A DNA stretch of 64,000 nucleotides from Ramazzottius varieornatus (Eukaryota; Animalia; Tardigrada): NCBI GenBank assembly GCA_001949185.1, contig BDGG01000013.1:817226-881225 (forward strand), read 5' to 3'. Position 1 is the first letter of the stretch; each line of letters starts with the position of its first letter. This document shows positions 21,961-35,778 of this stretch, piece after piece. The notes under the pieces are model-generated. The model ran no database searches and was not told the origin of the DNA. It worked only from the letters and a program-made list of their open reading frames with translations. The translations under genes and the position numbers were made by a program.

Positions 21961-23406
21961 ATGGCTACCATCACCCATTCCTCAATTCCTAACATCACCA
22001 ATTCCTCACTGCTTCTTTCTGCTAACGTATCCTTCATACCTCTACCATACCTATTGCATTTTAATCTTTCTCACAACTTGCTGCAAACATGGCTCATCGT
22101 GAGCCTCGTTCTTTGTGCAATAGGCGGCATTTCCGGCTTGATACTCCTTGTGGTGATTTTCCTGCAACAGCCTCGTCTCTCTCGCTCCATCATGTTACTG
22201 TTTCATATGGTGGCAATCGAGTTTCTGCTCTGCGCGATATTTTTTCCCATGCAGAATGTGACAACATATCGCACTATGAGCGGAAAATCCAACGAGCTAA
22301 ACTGTGGCGCATTTTTTGTGTCCTACATCTCGTTTTACATGACAGGCTATTACAATGCCTCGGCCTTGGCTTCAGTGCGATTCTTGGCCGGCATCTCGAA
22401 TCGACTGTACCACCGATGGACCTCGCGGTATGTAACCACCGAAGCGTTTAAACATCTCTAGCCCACCCTCGCAGTGAAAAAAGTACACGTCTAGAATTAT
22501 CTGTGAGGTTTTGTCTCCCGCTGACGTTTCTTTTTTCCCCTTCTTTTTCTGTGAAGGCAAGGACAGGGACATACGTCAACACTGACTGTTGCGTCAGACG
22601 TTCACGTATTTTGTCAAGTAGCACTACACAAATGTTTCTTGGGATGTTGAATTTGGAAATTTAACTGCACGTTTGCAGGCCAGCCTTACTGACCCACATT
22701 GGACTGAGCTGGTTGATCGGTCTCGGCCTAAACGTCGTTCCGTACATCTTGAGCCCATCGAAGGACCCTTTGTACCGCAACAACCCGCCCTTCAATGATT
22801 GCGGAAGTACCTCCACCGTCACGGCTTTTACGGCCGTCTGGATGTTCGGGGGTAACCTCAGCCCACTGATCGGTGCCGTCCTCACGTACGCCATTCTGTT
22901 CATTGTCACTGAAATTAAGAGATGCAAACTACGATCGATGCTGGCACCAGCGGTTGATGGATCACTGGCCCCACCAGCTCAGAACCCGGAAGGGGGCAGT
23001 CACCAGCATCCGGCAAACCAAGCTCAACGCCGAGCGAAATTGACCCGGGTACTGTTCATCTCGTCCCTCTGGAACGCCATCTGTTTCCTGCCCATCCCAC
23101 TCATGATGATCACCAACCCCATCAAGTTCTACATGAACCTGTCTCTGCAGCTGTGGTTGAGGACCCTCAATCTCTTCGGTTACGCTTTCAATCCGGTACG
23201 TCAAACTTCCGGTGAACGATAATTCCGACTAGGCGTTCTAATTGGTGATATCATTTTTCTTTCAGCTCATCTTTTTGACGTTGAACCACGATTACCGGAA
23301 ATGCGTGTCGAAACTTGTGAAAGGGCAGTGGTCTCAACGCTCGCCAGCTCCCATGTTGGTAGGGACGAATTCGAACGCTGGTCGACAAGGGGCCGCGGCA
23401 AGTTGA
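21961..23406 (+). CDS. Divergent rhodopsin-like (class A) 7TM GPCR, 3 exons
   Basis: Exons 21961-22427, 22679-23195 and 23266-23406. N-glycosylation sequons in the N-terminus, seven hydrophobic segments, a TM3 Cys, DRY-equivalent VRF, TM6 CFLP and TM7 NPLIF. Confidence 0.8.
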
Positions 23407-24301
23407 ACAGCGCTGCGCTACCTGCTTGCTTCGTAAGCACTCTCCGGCACCGCTACGAGGAGAGGATATACGAAGCTGTCAATGTCAACCTCGTTAACTT
23501 GAAACACACTCAGTCGTCACATCAACCTTATGCATGCCGATAACGCAAGGTCGAGGTATCGTTGACTCAGCGGAGAACAACTTGCGTCGGTCATATGCTT
23601 TCGTCTCGTGTTTACAACTGTGTCCGCACCGCTATCAACACTGTCACCGCATTAACGAAATGCTTATGCACCCGTGGAGTGGATGTATTCTAGTGTTAGA
23701 CTCTGTTCATTTTTCAACGAAATCTCGAGCTTACAGGGCTTACAGCGGTGACTCACCATACCATACTTGTTACCTCAATAATCAAAGAGACAGCTGTGTC
23801 CACTGAATGAGCCTCCCACACCAATCAAGTTACACAGCGAGGTTGTTGCACGGTATCAAAGATCGCCGTACAGTTACCCGTACTGTAGGCCTATTAACAC
23901 CTGATTACCAAGCTTTTCGTGTCGGCAGATTACTAGCGTGCTCATTGTGAGCACAAAACTTTAACTGGTGGTAAAGGGAAGGCGCGACCCAAACCAGCCA
24001 ATATTTTACCAGTAAATTTGTGGATAGAATTTTGTGGAATGTCGGCCGCACCGTTGACTGTCATGGGAAAGTTCACGATATAGTCGCGTTAGTACTGCAT
24101 GGCAGGGAACCGGTGGTCGGACCGCACAAACAACCGATTTAGCCTTCGGTCTAAAAAAACAGGTGAGTGGCAGACTTCGAGACCATCTACTCGTGCGGCA
24201 CAGTCAGCGTTGCTCAAGTCGGCAAAGCTTCCTTTCTTCCTGACAATTAAGCCAAAAAGTCAGTTGGCTTCTGACGTAATACAAAAACTGAAAAATCAGT
24301 A

Positions 24302-24480
24302 CACGCACGATGGGAAATTATGGGACAGGCGGAAACGACGGCAAAATGAAAATTTGACCGTAAAAAAGTGTCGAAAAAAGCATTAATGCGAATCAGTCGC
24401 GTACGTACATGCTTCCGTACCGCCGTAGCGAAAAGGCCTGTCCCAACTTTTTAATGTCTCATAATTTCTCATCGCGCGTT
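24302..24480. mobile_element. MITE family C (TA TSD)
   Basis: TA|CACGCACGATGGGAAATTATG...CATAATTTCTCATCGCGCGTT|TA. Close relative at 48212-48390 and a more distant one at 44889-45080. Confidence 0.8.
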
Positions 24481-25184
24481 TACAACCGTCGTTATTTCGT
24501 AAGTGCAGACGGCGACTATTGAAATGTGGCTATAAAAGCGATATCTTTTCGGAGACATCTTTGATCTTGACCAGGGGTACTAGGTTTCTGATCCACCGCG
24601 CGCGCCATGGCATGGTAAATCGAGCTTTCCCAGCTCGTCCTCACGAAGCAAGTACACCTGCCCGAGAGCAAAACGCCCTTTGCTCTCTATCGAGGTCCGT
24701 CCCCATCCCCACAGGTCACGCAGCCCTCTTCGTGGACGTCCCGTTGCAGCTGTGGTAGAGATTTTTAGAGATTTTTTGTGAGATTTTTATTTTTCAAGTT
24801 TTAGAGATTTTTCGCGAGATGCTACCTCAACCGGACGACAAGTCCAGAAAATTTTTCATGGCAAAAGAAATATGCGTTGCCAATGGGTGCTGTAAAACGA
24901 ATTCTGTAACAGCGTGATGTTCAACTAAAAAGCTAGCACGTAATCGTCTTGCATCTGCGAACAAGAGCCATGAAAAATCGATCATACTGCTGCCCACTTT
25001 GCGCCGTCAGGAACGAGAAACTCTCGCCAAAGGTGCCCAGTGTCCAGGCGAATCGTCGCTTCTGCGAAAGCGCCAACCTGTGAATTACACCATACAGCTC
25101 CAAGTTTTTGCAACAAGGGCACCGCATCGCAAACCTATTGCGGCAGCCAAGTTCAATACGTCGTGAGAGGTGGGGTACGTTATC

Positions 25185-25912
25185 CCTGTCAACTCCTCCT
25201 AAGCGTCGCTCCGAAGAACCTCGGACCCGAAGAACGCTTCCCCCTAACAGCTTAGCACCCGAACAGCACCTACCCCTAAAATATGTCCTTATTCCCGAAG
25301 AACTATGGCCCCGAACAGCTTCGACCCCTAACAGTCACGAGCCCTAATATCTTTGGCCCCGACGATCACTCTGCCCTAAAAACAGATCTGTTGTATTGTT
25401 TGGACTTATCCTCCGGGCCCTCCCTGAGTGGTCTAACGATGAATTAGCGAAAGTATTTCTCGCAGCTTGAATCGTGACGAAGATTGTTATTTCGAATTGC
25501 GCTGCTGTTAAGCGAAGCACCTCGTACTGAATAACTTGAGCGGCATACCGTTGGTTCGATCGAATCGATGCATGTCATCTCTCACAGCATCATTCTCATT
25601 TGCGCTTTTTCGTTCGTCAACTCATCCAAATCAGGCAATATGATGCTCATTAGGAATTCAGGGAAGCAATCGTTAAAACGTTTTGACGGTGCAGTGATCA
25701 GTGATCAGGTGCTTCTCAGAAAACGTGTCTAGTGAGAAGCGTTCTTCGGGGTCGAAGTTGATCGGGTTCGAGGCTGTTGGGGGAAAGTGGTATTCAGGTT
25801 TAGCTTTGGTTTTTCGGGGCAAGAGTTCTTCGGGTTGGAGGCTGTCAGGTTTGCCAGTTAGGGGAAATTGTTATTAGGGTTCCAGGTACGGGGCCGTCTT
25901 GAGAGGCTCTTC
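25185..25912. mobile_element. Degenerate foldback/MULE-like element with tandem subterminal repeats in inverted orientation
   Basis: The left arm (25200-25380) is built of CCCGAAGAAC/CCCTAACAG-like units. The right arm (25736-25900) has their reverse complements (GTTCTTCGGG, CTGTTGGGG, GTTAGGGG). No TSD found. Confidence 0.55.
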
Positions 25913-25914
25913 TC

Positions 25915-26875
25915 AAATTCTTCGCGGAACCAAGAAACAGAAGGGGTCGAAGACTGTGTACAGAGAGTTTAGGACTCTGACCACTTGGAAGTCAGGCTGC
26001 GGGAGGCTACGAACAATGACGATGAAAACTATCTGTCCGGATAACAATGTCACACAGATGTTCAACAACAATAGCGAGACTGTCAGGATCATGCTTCGTC
26101 TAATCCGCTCCGAGTTTCTCGAAAACCTCCGGAAACGGAAAGAGCGGCTCCGCTTGAAGGCATCACTTCAGTCTTCCGAGCGCGCCAAGAGACGATGACT
26201 CGACCGCAGACAACGAGATACAGTATGACGCAGACGCAAAACGGAACTATATACGCCATGTACTGCGAGATGGTCCGCCACGCAATAAAGTCGCGCGGAA
26301 TGAACGAGCATCGGACGCCCTCTTCGGGGTCGACCTTTCTCGCGCAGTCTCGAATGAAACTGGGAAATTGCAACAGCGCCACTGTTGCGTACATAAGAAA
26401 GCAGACCGACCAAGACCTCATGGGGGAGTTTTGCCGATGGTAGTTTCGATAGGATATAGGATAGAACGCGGCCTAGAAGCTACTGACGGCAATCAGGAAG
26501 TGACTGTTAAAGGTCCATCCGATGAACGACGTATTCAAGTACCGGTAAAATGCGCAAAAGATTTTAAGCTGAACCGGACCAAATACTTGACGCTCTTCGG
26601 GAAAAGCTATCGGGGACGCCCCGAGACAGCGCCGAATTAACTAACGACAAGCTAATGACGTAGGTAGTGGAACAAGTACGAGCGGATCGATGCCGAATAT
26701 AAAGATATACGGAAAGAGCGTTGAGCAAAAGTGCCGCTATCCTCGATGCGACGTAATACCTCGCGGCCGGTTGCGAAAGGAAGGCAACTGCATTGGTGAT
26801 ATTCCTAGAGGGCAACGCCGAAGTATCATTAAAAGTACGGTACCCAGCCCTGAATTTAAGTGAGGAACCATACAT
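25915..26875 (-). pseudogene. Intronless class A GPCR pseudogene
   Basis: ATG at 26875 leads to TM1-2 (RIAALLLNALS...YVISLSLVN), then a frameshift near 26610. TM3 reads FCAFYRY...SHFLIAVSSF*AAFYPISYR, with a TAG where the paralogue has W. TM4-5 follow, then a second frameshift near 26095, TM6 and TM7 DPFCF. Confidence 0.75.
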
Positions 26876-29359
26876 GGTTTGTACAGTAGTAGAATATCTA
26901 GTGCATACACGCGACCGCCGCAAAAACGAAAGTAGGTGCTGAAGGGAATTACATTCTGCAGAGACGAAAACAAAATGATTCTGTTATCCAGCATGAAAGA
27001 TATGCGTGCCCATGATCTTACTTTCATTATTAGTTACCCATATTACTTTCATTGAATGATCGCCTGCAGGTTAGAGGGTGTGGAAAGCACAGCTTCGTTT
27101 GCACGAATTGCTTGATGTCTACGAAATCGATTCACCCCGTGTTATCCGTAATAAACGGTGTAATACAGGACAGGTTCACCGGCGGTCGAGCAGAACAAAT
27201 CGTTTCCAGACAGCTTCATTTGAGCATGGCCAACTTCGCCTTGTGATTCGGGAAATTTTCTGCTTGGCACGAAATTGTTTGCTCGGCAAACAATTTCGTG
27301 CCGACCTACCTGTATCAGACATCTTGATGTACAGTAGTTCTCAAAGCAGAACAAGTCATACGTAAATTGCGGACATCAGACGCACGAAAAAAGGAGTTCC
27401 CCAGCTCAGGCAAATGTGGAAGATTTTGAGAACTGCAAAATCTGTTTGTAATGATATAGCGAATAGCCTCCCCTCTTCTATTTACTCTTATCCAAGAACA
27501 GCGTGGGTCTTAGCTCCCTGCTTCTATGCACAGCCATACTTTTGCTGCCTTCATGAAGCGATGCAGGAAGTTATTTTCCACATTCGCTTCGTCGTCCTGC
27601 TCCCACCCGCCCGCTCCTGTTTTTATGTGGAGGTTCAAAGCCGATTTCGCCTTTTATAGCATATACTTTCATATTTACCGGCACGCTGGTGCCAGAGGTT
27701 AATGAAGCCTTGCTCCCTGCTGCGGCGCTTTTCTCGAACGATGAGGTTTGGAATTATCATGGCTGCATCCGTACGTGAGTTTTTCGGGTCAGTAGATCGC
27801 GGATTAAATTAAGGTCGAGCTGCTTGGATCATGTTGTGTCGGTCTGGTAGAATGCAAATGACCCCATTGTCGCACTGACCGTTATGCGTCTTTCATTTCA
27901 TGTTGGAGAAAGGTCCTTTTCGTTATTTTACATCCCACCATGAAGAATTAGACAAAATTGAAGTACGTAGATATACTTGCCAAACAAAATATACAGTAAT
28001 ACTGGAGTCAATTCCGAAATTACAATAGGAAATGCGATACAGAAGAGAAAGGGAAGAAAGAAAGGACGAGCAAACCCCTACGCCCCCACCCACCATCCCT
28101 GATCTTTTAGCTCAGGATTAAACATGAGTTACTCCAGAGTTATCAAGCAAGGTAACGCGTGACTGTACCATTTTTCGTTTAAATCTCCGTAAAACATCCA
28201 CGTTCACGATGTATTTGACATGTATGTCCGTTGACATGCAGAAATTCTGAATCTATAAATGCAGTTGCACAGTATGGAAACCGGATGCAGTGCAGAAGCA
28301 GCACGGGTTTCAGCTACTGCTGCAGGGCTCTACCTAGCACCCTGTTCAGCAGTAGAAAGTACTGGGTTGCCACATGGTATGCGATTGCAGAATGGCATGC
28401 ATCCCGTTGCGGAGCGTACTAGTATAACGTAAGCAAAGATCAAAGGCACACCCTCCCCGAATGAAAAAAAATGAATGAAGCCGGCTTGGTTCATTCATGT
28501 CGCGGGGTGCTAACGTAATGCTAGGGTGCTCCCTTGACAAAGCATGGTCGCGTGAATAAGTTTCTTGATGTTTGTGCTCCGCTGGGTCAGAGAGGTCAGA
28601 CTAAAGCATGCATAAGTATTTGATGATACTCTGCCGATACTCTGGTTAACCTAATCTGACCTGCTAGATTTAACGCCAATAAGGCAGGTGCGCAGTGCGG
28701 TTTACTCAGCTTGCTCATCGAACTATAAGCTCTCTACATAATTAAAAATCGCTGTTCCTTGGATGTTGAGAAGTTGATCGGAAGGAAGAGGGGACCGGCC
28801 GTGTCGATCTTCGAACTTGATCCGTGAAGGCTACATGTCGGCAAGAAGGGAGAGTGCGGTAACAACCTCGATCTCGACAGCGTATAAGACCTGCAAGCAG
28901 AACAGATGGTCCAGAGGTAGTTTTAACCGAAGAGACCTGCGAATCTCGTGGCCGGATACCAAGAATCCAAGAATTCTTGGTATCCGGCCACTTCGAAGTA
29001 AAACAGATTACAGATACGCTTGAAATTCGACCAGTGTCCGACCGGTCTGACGCAAAAAGTCTGGAAGCAAGAGTACTTAAGAAATGAATACCCCGCCTTG
29101 TGACTCAACAATATGCAGGAAAATATGCCGATCACCCAATCAATCCTAGTGAACGCACGAGACTTCTGGTGGCACACAGGTAGACCCACGCTTATCGCAA
29201 TTTCAATAGTGCGACGTAAGGTTTATTTTGATTTTTGATGTCGTTGGATTTGAATTTTGACCTGAAGTAAGTATGTCATATATCGTTCAGTCCCTCGAAG
29301 TGTGATATCGCATTTTCGGAAGCCAGAATCCCGACAGATCAGAATCAGAGGGGTTGTTC

Positions 29360-32300
29360 ATGCATGGGAGCAGAATCGTTAGCACTGTCTCCAAATCTTC
29401 CCGTTTCCTGTCAACTGTTCAGCGCCGTTCCCCATCAGCTGTTCCATTCCTCCCCTTCTCCCGTTTGATCCCTAGTACCTCCCCTTTACGAACTGCTTCT
29501 TCTGCTACTCCCAAGTCCCACCAGTCCACCCTCTTTGAAATTGCAACCAAGACTAAAGAGGAATTTGAGAAAATGAAGAGCGTAGCAGAATACGGCGCAT
29601 GGGTGTCTCCGATTACCAGCGACGTCGCCGCCGGAAGTGATATACAGTTTGCCGGTCTGGAACGAGATGACTGCATGTCGGAAGCCAGCAGTAGGTTATC
29701 TATCGCCTGAACTCTCGCCTTACTTGAGGAATTATTTTCGATGTTTATAGATACCATTTACTGGTTGGAGAATCGTCCGGCGGAAGGAGGGCGAAGCGTC
29801 ATCTGTAAGTTGTTGTAGACTGCCGCACCGTTCTGCTCGTTCCGCGAATATCCACCCAGCACTAACATCATTTTCATGACGCTGCCTGGGTTTGCAGTTA
29901 CGGAGCGTGTGTGAATATGTGCGGGTTCGATCGGTCCTTAATATTCGGATTTTCGTGTTGTGGAATTTAGCACTATTGTGCGGGTGTGTTCGTTTTGAAG
30001 GTAGTTGGAATCCGAAAGATAGAACCATCGTGCCATGGACACCGAAGGAGTTCACAGTGAAGACAAAAGTTCACGAATACGGTACGAAAGAATGGAATTC
30101 ACAATTCTTCCGCACACAGTTCTTTTGAGCATCTCTTTCTCTCCTTTTCTGCCGAGGGACAAGGAAAGATAATTTTCTTTTCTATAGGCGGAGGAGCGTA
30201 CTGTGTGTTCAAAGGTGTAATCTACTTCGTCAACAAATCCGACCAGCAGATTTACATGCAGAAGTCGCCAGCCGATCCTCCACACCCCGTGACCAAACCC
30301 GACCCTTATCGTCGTTTCGCCGACCTTCATTACAGCGTAAAAGTGGGCGATAGTTAGGTCTTGGGTAAGCGCCTCGTCTGGAGCCGATAGAAAGTGTGTA
30401 TTTGGTTGTAGTTCAACTGCCTGCTCGCAGTTTGTGAGGATAAAGGCGACCGGAAGTCAGCGCAAGAGCGAAGTGAAGTTGAGTATCAGCACACCAAAGC
30501 GAAGACCATCCCCGACAATTACATAGTCTCCATCGATGTCGCGACCGGTGACCTTAAATGCTTGGTAAGGCAATCTGCTTATTTGATGTTTTAGGTTTTT
30601 ACTGGTGAGAATCCGTAAAACGGAAGCTTGACAAACGAAATCGAAAACTGGCAAGCGGCGCATGCTATCGGTGTTTCTGGCTGGCATTTTGCGCCACTTG
30701 GAAAACCGATCTTGTCAAGTTTCTTCTCCGAGCTCTCAGACAGATGCTGTCAGTTACTATCGGCTCGATGAAGTGGTTTGTCGTAGTTTTCTTATTGAGG
30801 AAATCTTTCACTGACAGGTTCATGGTGCTGATTTCTACGCATGTCCCAGAACGACGTCTTTCCTTGACGGTGCTCTCGTCTGGATGGAATGGAATATCCC
30901 CAACATGGTCAGGGAAGATTTCTTTTCCATATCGTTTGCGCTAAAATTACTCTTTGCCAACCTGATTTCGAGAGTGAATTATTTTGTGCAAATCTCCGCT
31001 TTGTTCCGAATGTATCTTGTTAGCCTTGGGACGACACGTCGATCAAATGGGCCATGTTGAACGGCAGCCTCTCCGCACCCGCACCCGACCGCATCTACAC
31101 GCTGAAAGCGGACAACGGCAAGACGGACGTGGCTTTCACATTCCCCGAATTCACCAGCAATGGAGAAGTTCTGTATATTAGCGACGAGGATAACTGGTGG
31201 AATTTGTGGAAGGTGATAGCGTGCTTGTTTACTTTATTTATGTGTTATTTTGAAAGGATTATGGGAGTTCAGCCAGCGAACTTCTCGATTGTACCCCTAA
31301 GTGGCGCACGTCCTCGATGTTACTGCTGAACGCTTGCGCCACTTGGGGGAACATTGGCAAGATCGTTTTCCAAGCGACGCACGCTTCCAGCCAATATTAC
31401 CGAGAACATGCGTCACTTGGGAAAACGATCCAGTCGAGTTCGTTTGCCGAACTTTCGGATATTCCGGAAGATAACACGAAGATTTCTTTGTTTCAGACCA
31501 ATTTGGCCCAAACGAGGAAAGTTTGTTTGGAACGAATTTCCAAAGACCTGTGCCATCCCTTATGGATCTTCGGTATGCATTCGTACTGCGTCGTTCCGAA
31601 GCCCGAGAAAGATAACCTTCTTGTCGCCCTCACCTACGGAGACCAACTGACGATGTTCAAGTCGACCAAGTACGATGACAAGGAAGTCTTCATTCACCAG
31701 CCCATTCCTTCCGGCTTTTTCCATCATTACTATTACGTCGAAGCCGTCCAGACGGGCATCTACGCCATCGGATACGACGCGAAGACTCCCATGACGCTTT
31801 TCTACTACGACTTCGCTTCCGGCAAAGTAGGAACCCCATTTTGAAACATCAGAGCTTGGGCAAATGCAGTAGCGCACGTCGTCAGTGTTTGTGGACTGGC
31901 ACCGTGCGCCACTTTGAAAGTTCTACAAAACTGTTTTGTCACGTGGCGCACGTACACAGTGTTATTGGCTGTGAGTGTGCGCTACTTGGAGAAGCGATTT
32001 TGTTGAGTTCGTTTGCCGAGTTCCCATCTCGTTTGACATCTTGAAAAAACGATCTTTCGTTACTTTTAGGTGACAAACATTCGTAGCAGTTCGGAATGCA
32101 ACCTGGACGGTTACTTGAGCGAGCCAGAGGAGATCGAGATCCCCACGACGAATAATGAGGTAGCGTACGGGTACTATTACCCACCAGTGAACAAGGACTA
32201 CGTAGCACCGGAAGGGACGGCGCCACCGCTGTTGGTCAAGATGCATGGGGGACCGACTTCGAGAGCCTACGCGCAGATGAAGTTTTCCATACAGTTTTAC

Positions 32301-33575
32301 ACAAGGTAGGACATCCCTCTAGTTCGAGAACGGTCTACTCCGCGTGTGATAATTGAATGTACTGGCACGGGTTGTAATCTCTCATTGGTTTGTTTCAGCC
32401 GGGGATTTGGGGTGCTGGACGTGAACTACCGTGGCTCCAGCGGATATGGAAGGCAGTTCCGGCAGCAGCTCAACCAGAAGTAAGTCAAGAAAATGTTGAT
32501 CGGTGACCTTTGTATGGTTCGACGTTGTAGTGATCAGTGAAATGTAGAAAAGCAGTGCGGGTTCAGCTACTTTAAGCGCCGATGGTTTCTAGCTCTAGAA
32601 AATCTTCCGGTCACGAGCCAGCAGCTATTCTATGCGATGCCGCAAAATAATGTTTGTAGCGGAAGGCGAGCCTCTCTTTATTTGGTTTTAGGTGGGGAGT
32701 AAGTGATGTTGAAGATGCCGTCAACGGCGCCAAGTTCCTCGTCGGTGAGGGTAAAGCCGACCCCAACCGTCTCTGCATCACCGGTGGATCTGCTGGTGGA
32801 CTGTCGGTCCTTAACGCGTTGCTCCACCACGATACTTTCAAAGCCGGTACGAAAAGCAGGCTTCCACCCTGGTCAATCCCCTTTTTTGAAAAAGAAAAGC
32901 TTCCTTTTGTACAGCGTTCCTTTTGTTCCAGGTGCCAGCCACTATGGTGTGACGGACCTGGAAGCCCTCGTAGCAGAAACCCACAAGTTCGAGCTGAGGT
33001 ACTTGGATATCCTCGTGGGACCTTATCCTGCCACCAAGTCCGTCTACGAACAACGGTCCCCCATCCACAATAAGGAGAAGCTCAAGTGTCCTGTGATCTT
33101 CTTCCAAGGAACTGACGATTTCGTAAGGAAAACTGAATTCGTGTATTCTATATAAACGATAAACCGAAGAAATATTTAACCAATTTTTATTTTTATTTTT
33201 TCACGCGTTTTTGAGCTGAATTCTCCGTCCTCGGAGTGTGATGGGATGAGTTTTTCGTCTTTTACAGATTGTTCCGCCATCGCAATCAGAAAGAATGTTT
33301 GAAGTGATGAAAGCCAAAGGACTGCCAAGTGCCTTTGTGTTATTCGAAGGTGAGTCGGCGATTTTCGATCAGAAATTAAATATTCTATAATCGGGTTTAT
33401 TGATCGACCTTCTTGACTTTGGCCTTCTTTTCTTGCATTCTCAGGCGAAGGCCACGGGTTTACGAAGAAGGAAAATATCAAAAAATGCCTCGATACCGAA
33501 TACGCTTTCTACGTGAAGGTCTTTGGCATCTTCGCGCCCTACGTAACTTGTGATGTGCAATTTGAAAATGTTTAG
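29360..33575 (+). CDS. S9-family serine peptidase (acylaminoacyl-peptidase / dipeptidyl aminopeptidase-like), about 14 exons
   Basis: N-terminal [34 protein letters not shown] and PWDDT, then HGGPT and [11 protein letters not shown]. Catalytic GGSAGG (Ser), FFQGTDD..VPP (Asp) and GEGHGF (His). Stop TAG at 33573-33575. Confidence 0.92.
30630..30735. repeat. Family A hairpin repeat, peptidase intron
   Basis: CAAGCGGCGCA-loop-TGCGCCACTTGGAAAACCGATCTTG...CCGAGCTC. Confidence 0.75.
31275..31455. repeat. Family A hairpin repeat, two-unit array, peptidase intron
   Basis: AAGTGGCGCAC...TGCGCCACTTGGG, then CCAAGCGACGCAC...TGCGTCACTTGGGAAAACGATC...TTTGCCGAAC. Confidence 0.8.
31855..32025. repeat. Family A hairpin repeat, two-unit array, peptidase intron
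   Basis: GTAGCGCAC...GTGCGCCAC and GTGGCGCAC...GTGCGCTACTTGG...GAGTTCGTTTGCCGAG. Confidence 0.8.
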
Positions 33576-34349
33576 AATTTCACTTCCATCCATGAAAACA
33601 TTCAGAGAAACTGATCGGAAAAAGTTGTCTTACTTTTATTCTGATTTTACTAACAATAAGGGAGCTCCTTACATAGAAATACGCCATTTTATCCGTGAGC
33701 ATACATTAAGACGCACATGCTCACGGTCAGTTTGTATGCAGGTGCATGCGGGAAAGCTTATAGGTGGCTGTTCGCAACTTTGAATGCTTCGGTTTCCGTT
33801 TACTGCTGGAGAGGATGTTGTAAAGAAAGTGTACAGCATTGCTTCGATGTGGAAAGGAAAATAGTTTACGAAGCTGGCAAAATTGAAATGTAACAGCATC
33901 TGGCATGTCTCGATGGCTCAGTCAGTACAAAAGAGATAGGATGGACAACTGGAAAACATGTTTTTAAACTGCCAGATAATTTGATCAAAATAACGTTAAG
34001 TACAAACAGGAGTCAGAAAACGGCCCGTAGCACGTAGCAGTAAGCGCCCGGGCATTAAAAAGACCAGAAGGAGTTAGCAAAAATACACGTTCCCACTCCA
34101 AGTACAAAACGACAGACGAAGGGACATCAATCAGCACTTCCGGCTATACAACGACGCAACACAAAAAAGTTTCTGTTGCAAAACAAACCCTCGGTAGATA
34201 CCTATACTTAACAGCATTCATCAGACTCGCTTTGGTTCGAGAAGCCGCGATAGTCATGAAGGAAAAAAGGATCGAATACCAAAGAAAAGTTAAGATAACG
34301 ACCGAGGAAACGATAGTTTGGCTTGATTAACGTCCCTGATTGAGTGACT

Positions 34350-35778
34350 TCATCGCCTCGTCACTGCTCTTTTTGGCGCTTTGCCTTTCGCGGCACACTT
34401 CACGCTGGCATCCTTGGCTTTCTTCTTGTGAGCTACCAGATCATTCTCGTGGCCGTCGGCAACCATCGGTTTGTAGAACGAGGGATCGCACATTTCCTGA
34501 AATACCAATAGTACAATTCTTCAGTCTGGAAAAATCACTAGAGATATCTCTCTTACCGGGAACCTCTCGAAAAAGGTTTTGTAACCTCCCGATAACAAGT
34601 AGATTTCCGGATAACTTAATTTGGGGTAGGACTTGACGTTGTGGTGGCGATCGGCGTTGCGAAGAAATCGGTACCTAGAAATTAACAAAATAATATTAAA
34701 TCCAATGGTTTCGGGAAATTCTGAAAAATAAACCGCAGTTCCTTTCCATAAACGACATGGAAAAATGACGAAGCTTACATTTCAGGTGCGCGTTTAGAAG
34801 AGAACTCGCAGTGGAAGACGATAGCTTTCTTCTTCCCGAAGTCTTCTTCTTTTTCCTTGAAGGCGAACTTTTCTCTCAGTTCTTCTTGCGTGTGGCAGTT
34901 GATGGCAGTCCTTATATGCCCACCATCGTATTCGTAGGGATAGCGGCAATCGATCACTTCCAGGGAGGACAGGTTTTCAAAGGGAGCTTCCCGCAAGATG
35001 GCCGATCTCAGCTGCAAACACAGAAAATCGCCAACGGTCAAAACCTCGATCTGACCAATCAATAAAATAACCGTACACAAATCAACCATTAAGGCTCACA
35101 GTTTCGGGTGTGATGCAGTTCAATTCCCGATTATTCGAGTCCGTGACGGTTGGAAGAACTAACTTCTGCAAAAAGAAACGTGGGGGGGGGGCCGGAGAAG
35201 GTGAAAAAGGTAGAGGGAAGTTACTTTGTCTGGATCGGAAATTTCTGTCCGCTTTCGAACAGGTAACGTCTGCTGGCTGAAGAGCGTAGTCTGAATTGTT
35301 AATTGATTACTTGATCGATCGTCAAACGTCTTCAGTTTCTTCGAAGTACTGCTCCCACTTTCTCCGCTGTTGTTGTTGCTCAACGGAAGCCTTTTCCCTG
35401 GACGGACGGGACCTCTGCCATTCAGGATGTATTCAGGGGTGAGAGGAAGCTGGACTAGACGCTTGTTGGACGACGACGAGGGGATGGGACTGACAATCTT
35501 CATCTTTTTCTGCACCAACTTCACCACTTCGTCCGAATTCGCTTTGGATGCCAAGTGGACTTTGGGGCTGTCTTCGTCGCTGAACGACCTGTAAAGAGCC
35601 CTTCTAGCTACAGAAAACTCTCCTCTACAAACTAGCGCTAAGAGATATGCTTTTACAATTGATCGTCCGAGTCGAAGCTGAGCTTGTTGGGCGCCATGCC
35701 CAGAATATCCTCATCTTCGTAGATTTCGATGGTGTTTTCCACATTCTGGCGATAACTCATCGAATCCCGTAACGCCAT
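34350..35778 (-). CDS. cdc25: Cdc25/string M-phase inducer phosphatase, 6 coding exons
   Basis: IDCRYPYEYDGGHI, catalytic loop FHCEFSSKRAP (HCX5R), YRFLRNADR, YPEIYLLSGGY and C-terminal CDPSFYKPM. The start codon is inferred. Confidence 0.92.

Noticed and set aside
29360-33575. Recent bacterial horizontal transfer of the S9 peptidase (or the GH3 gene)
   Set aside because: Both have many canonical introns and both families have known animal members. Only a phylogeny could show an ancient transfer.
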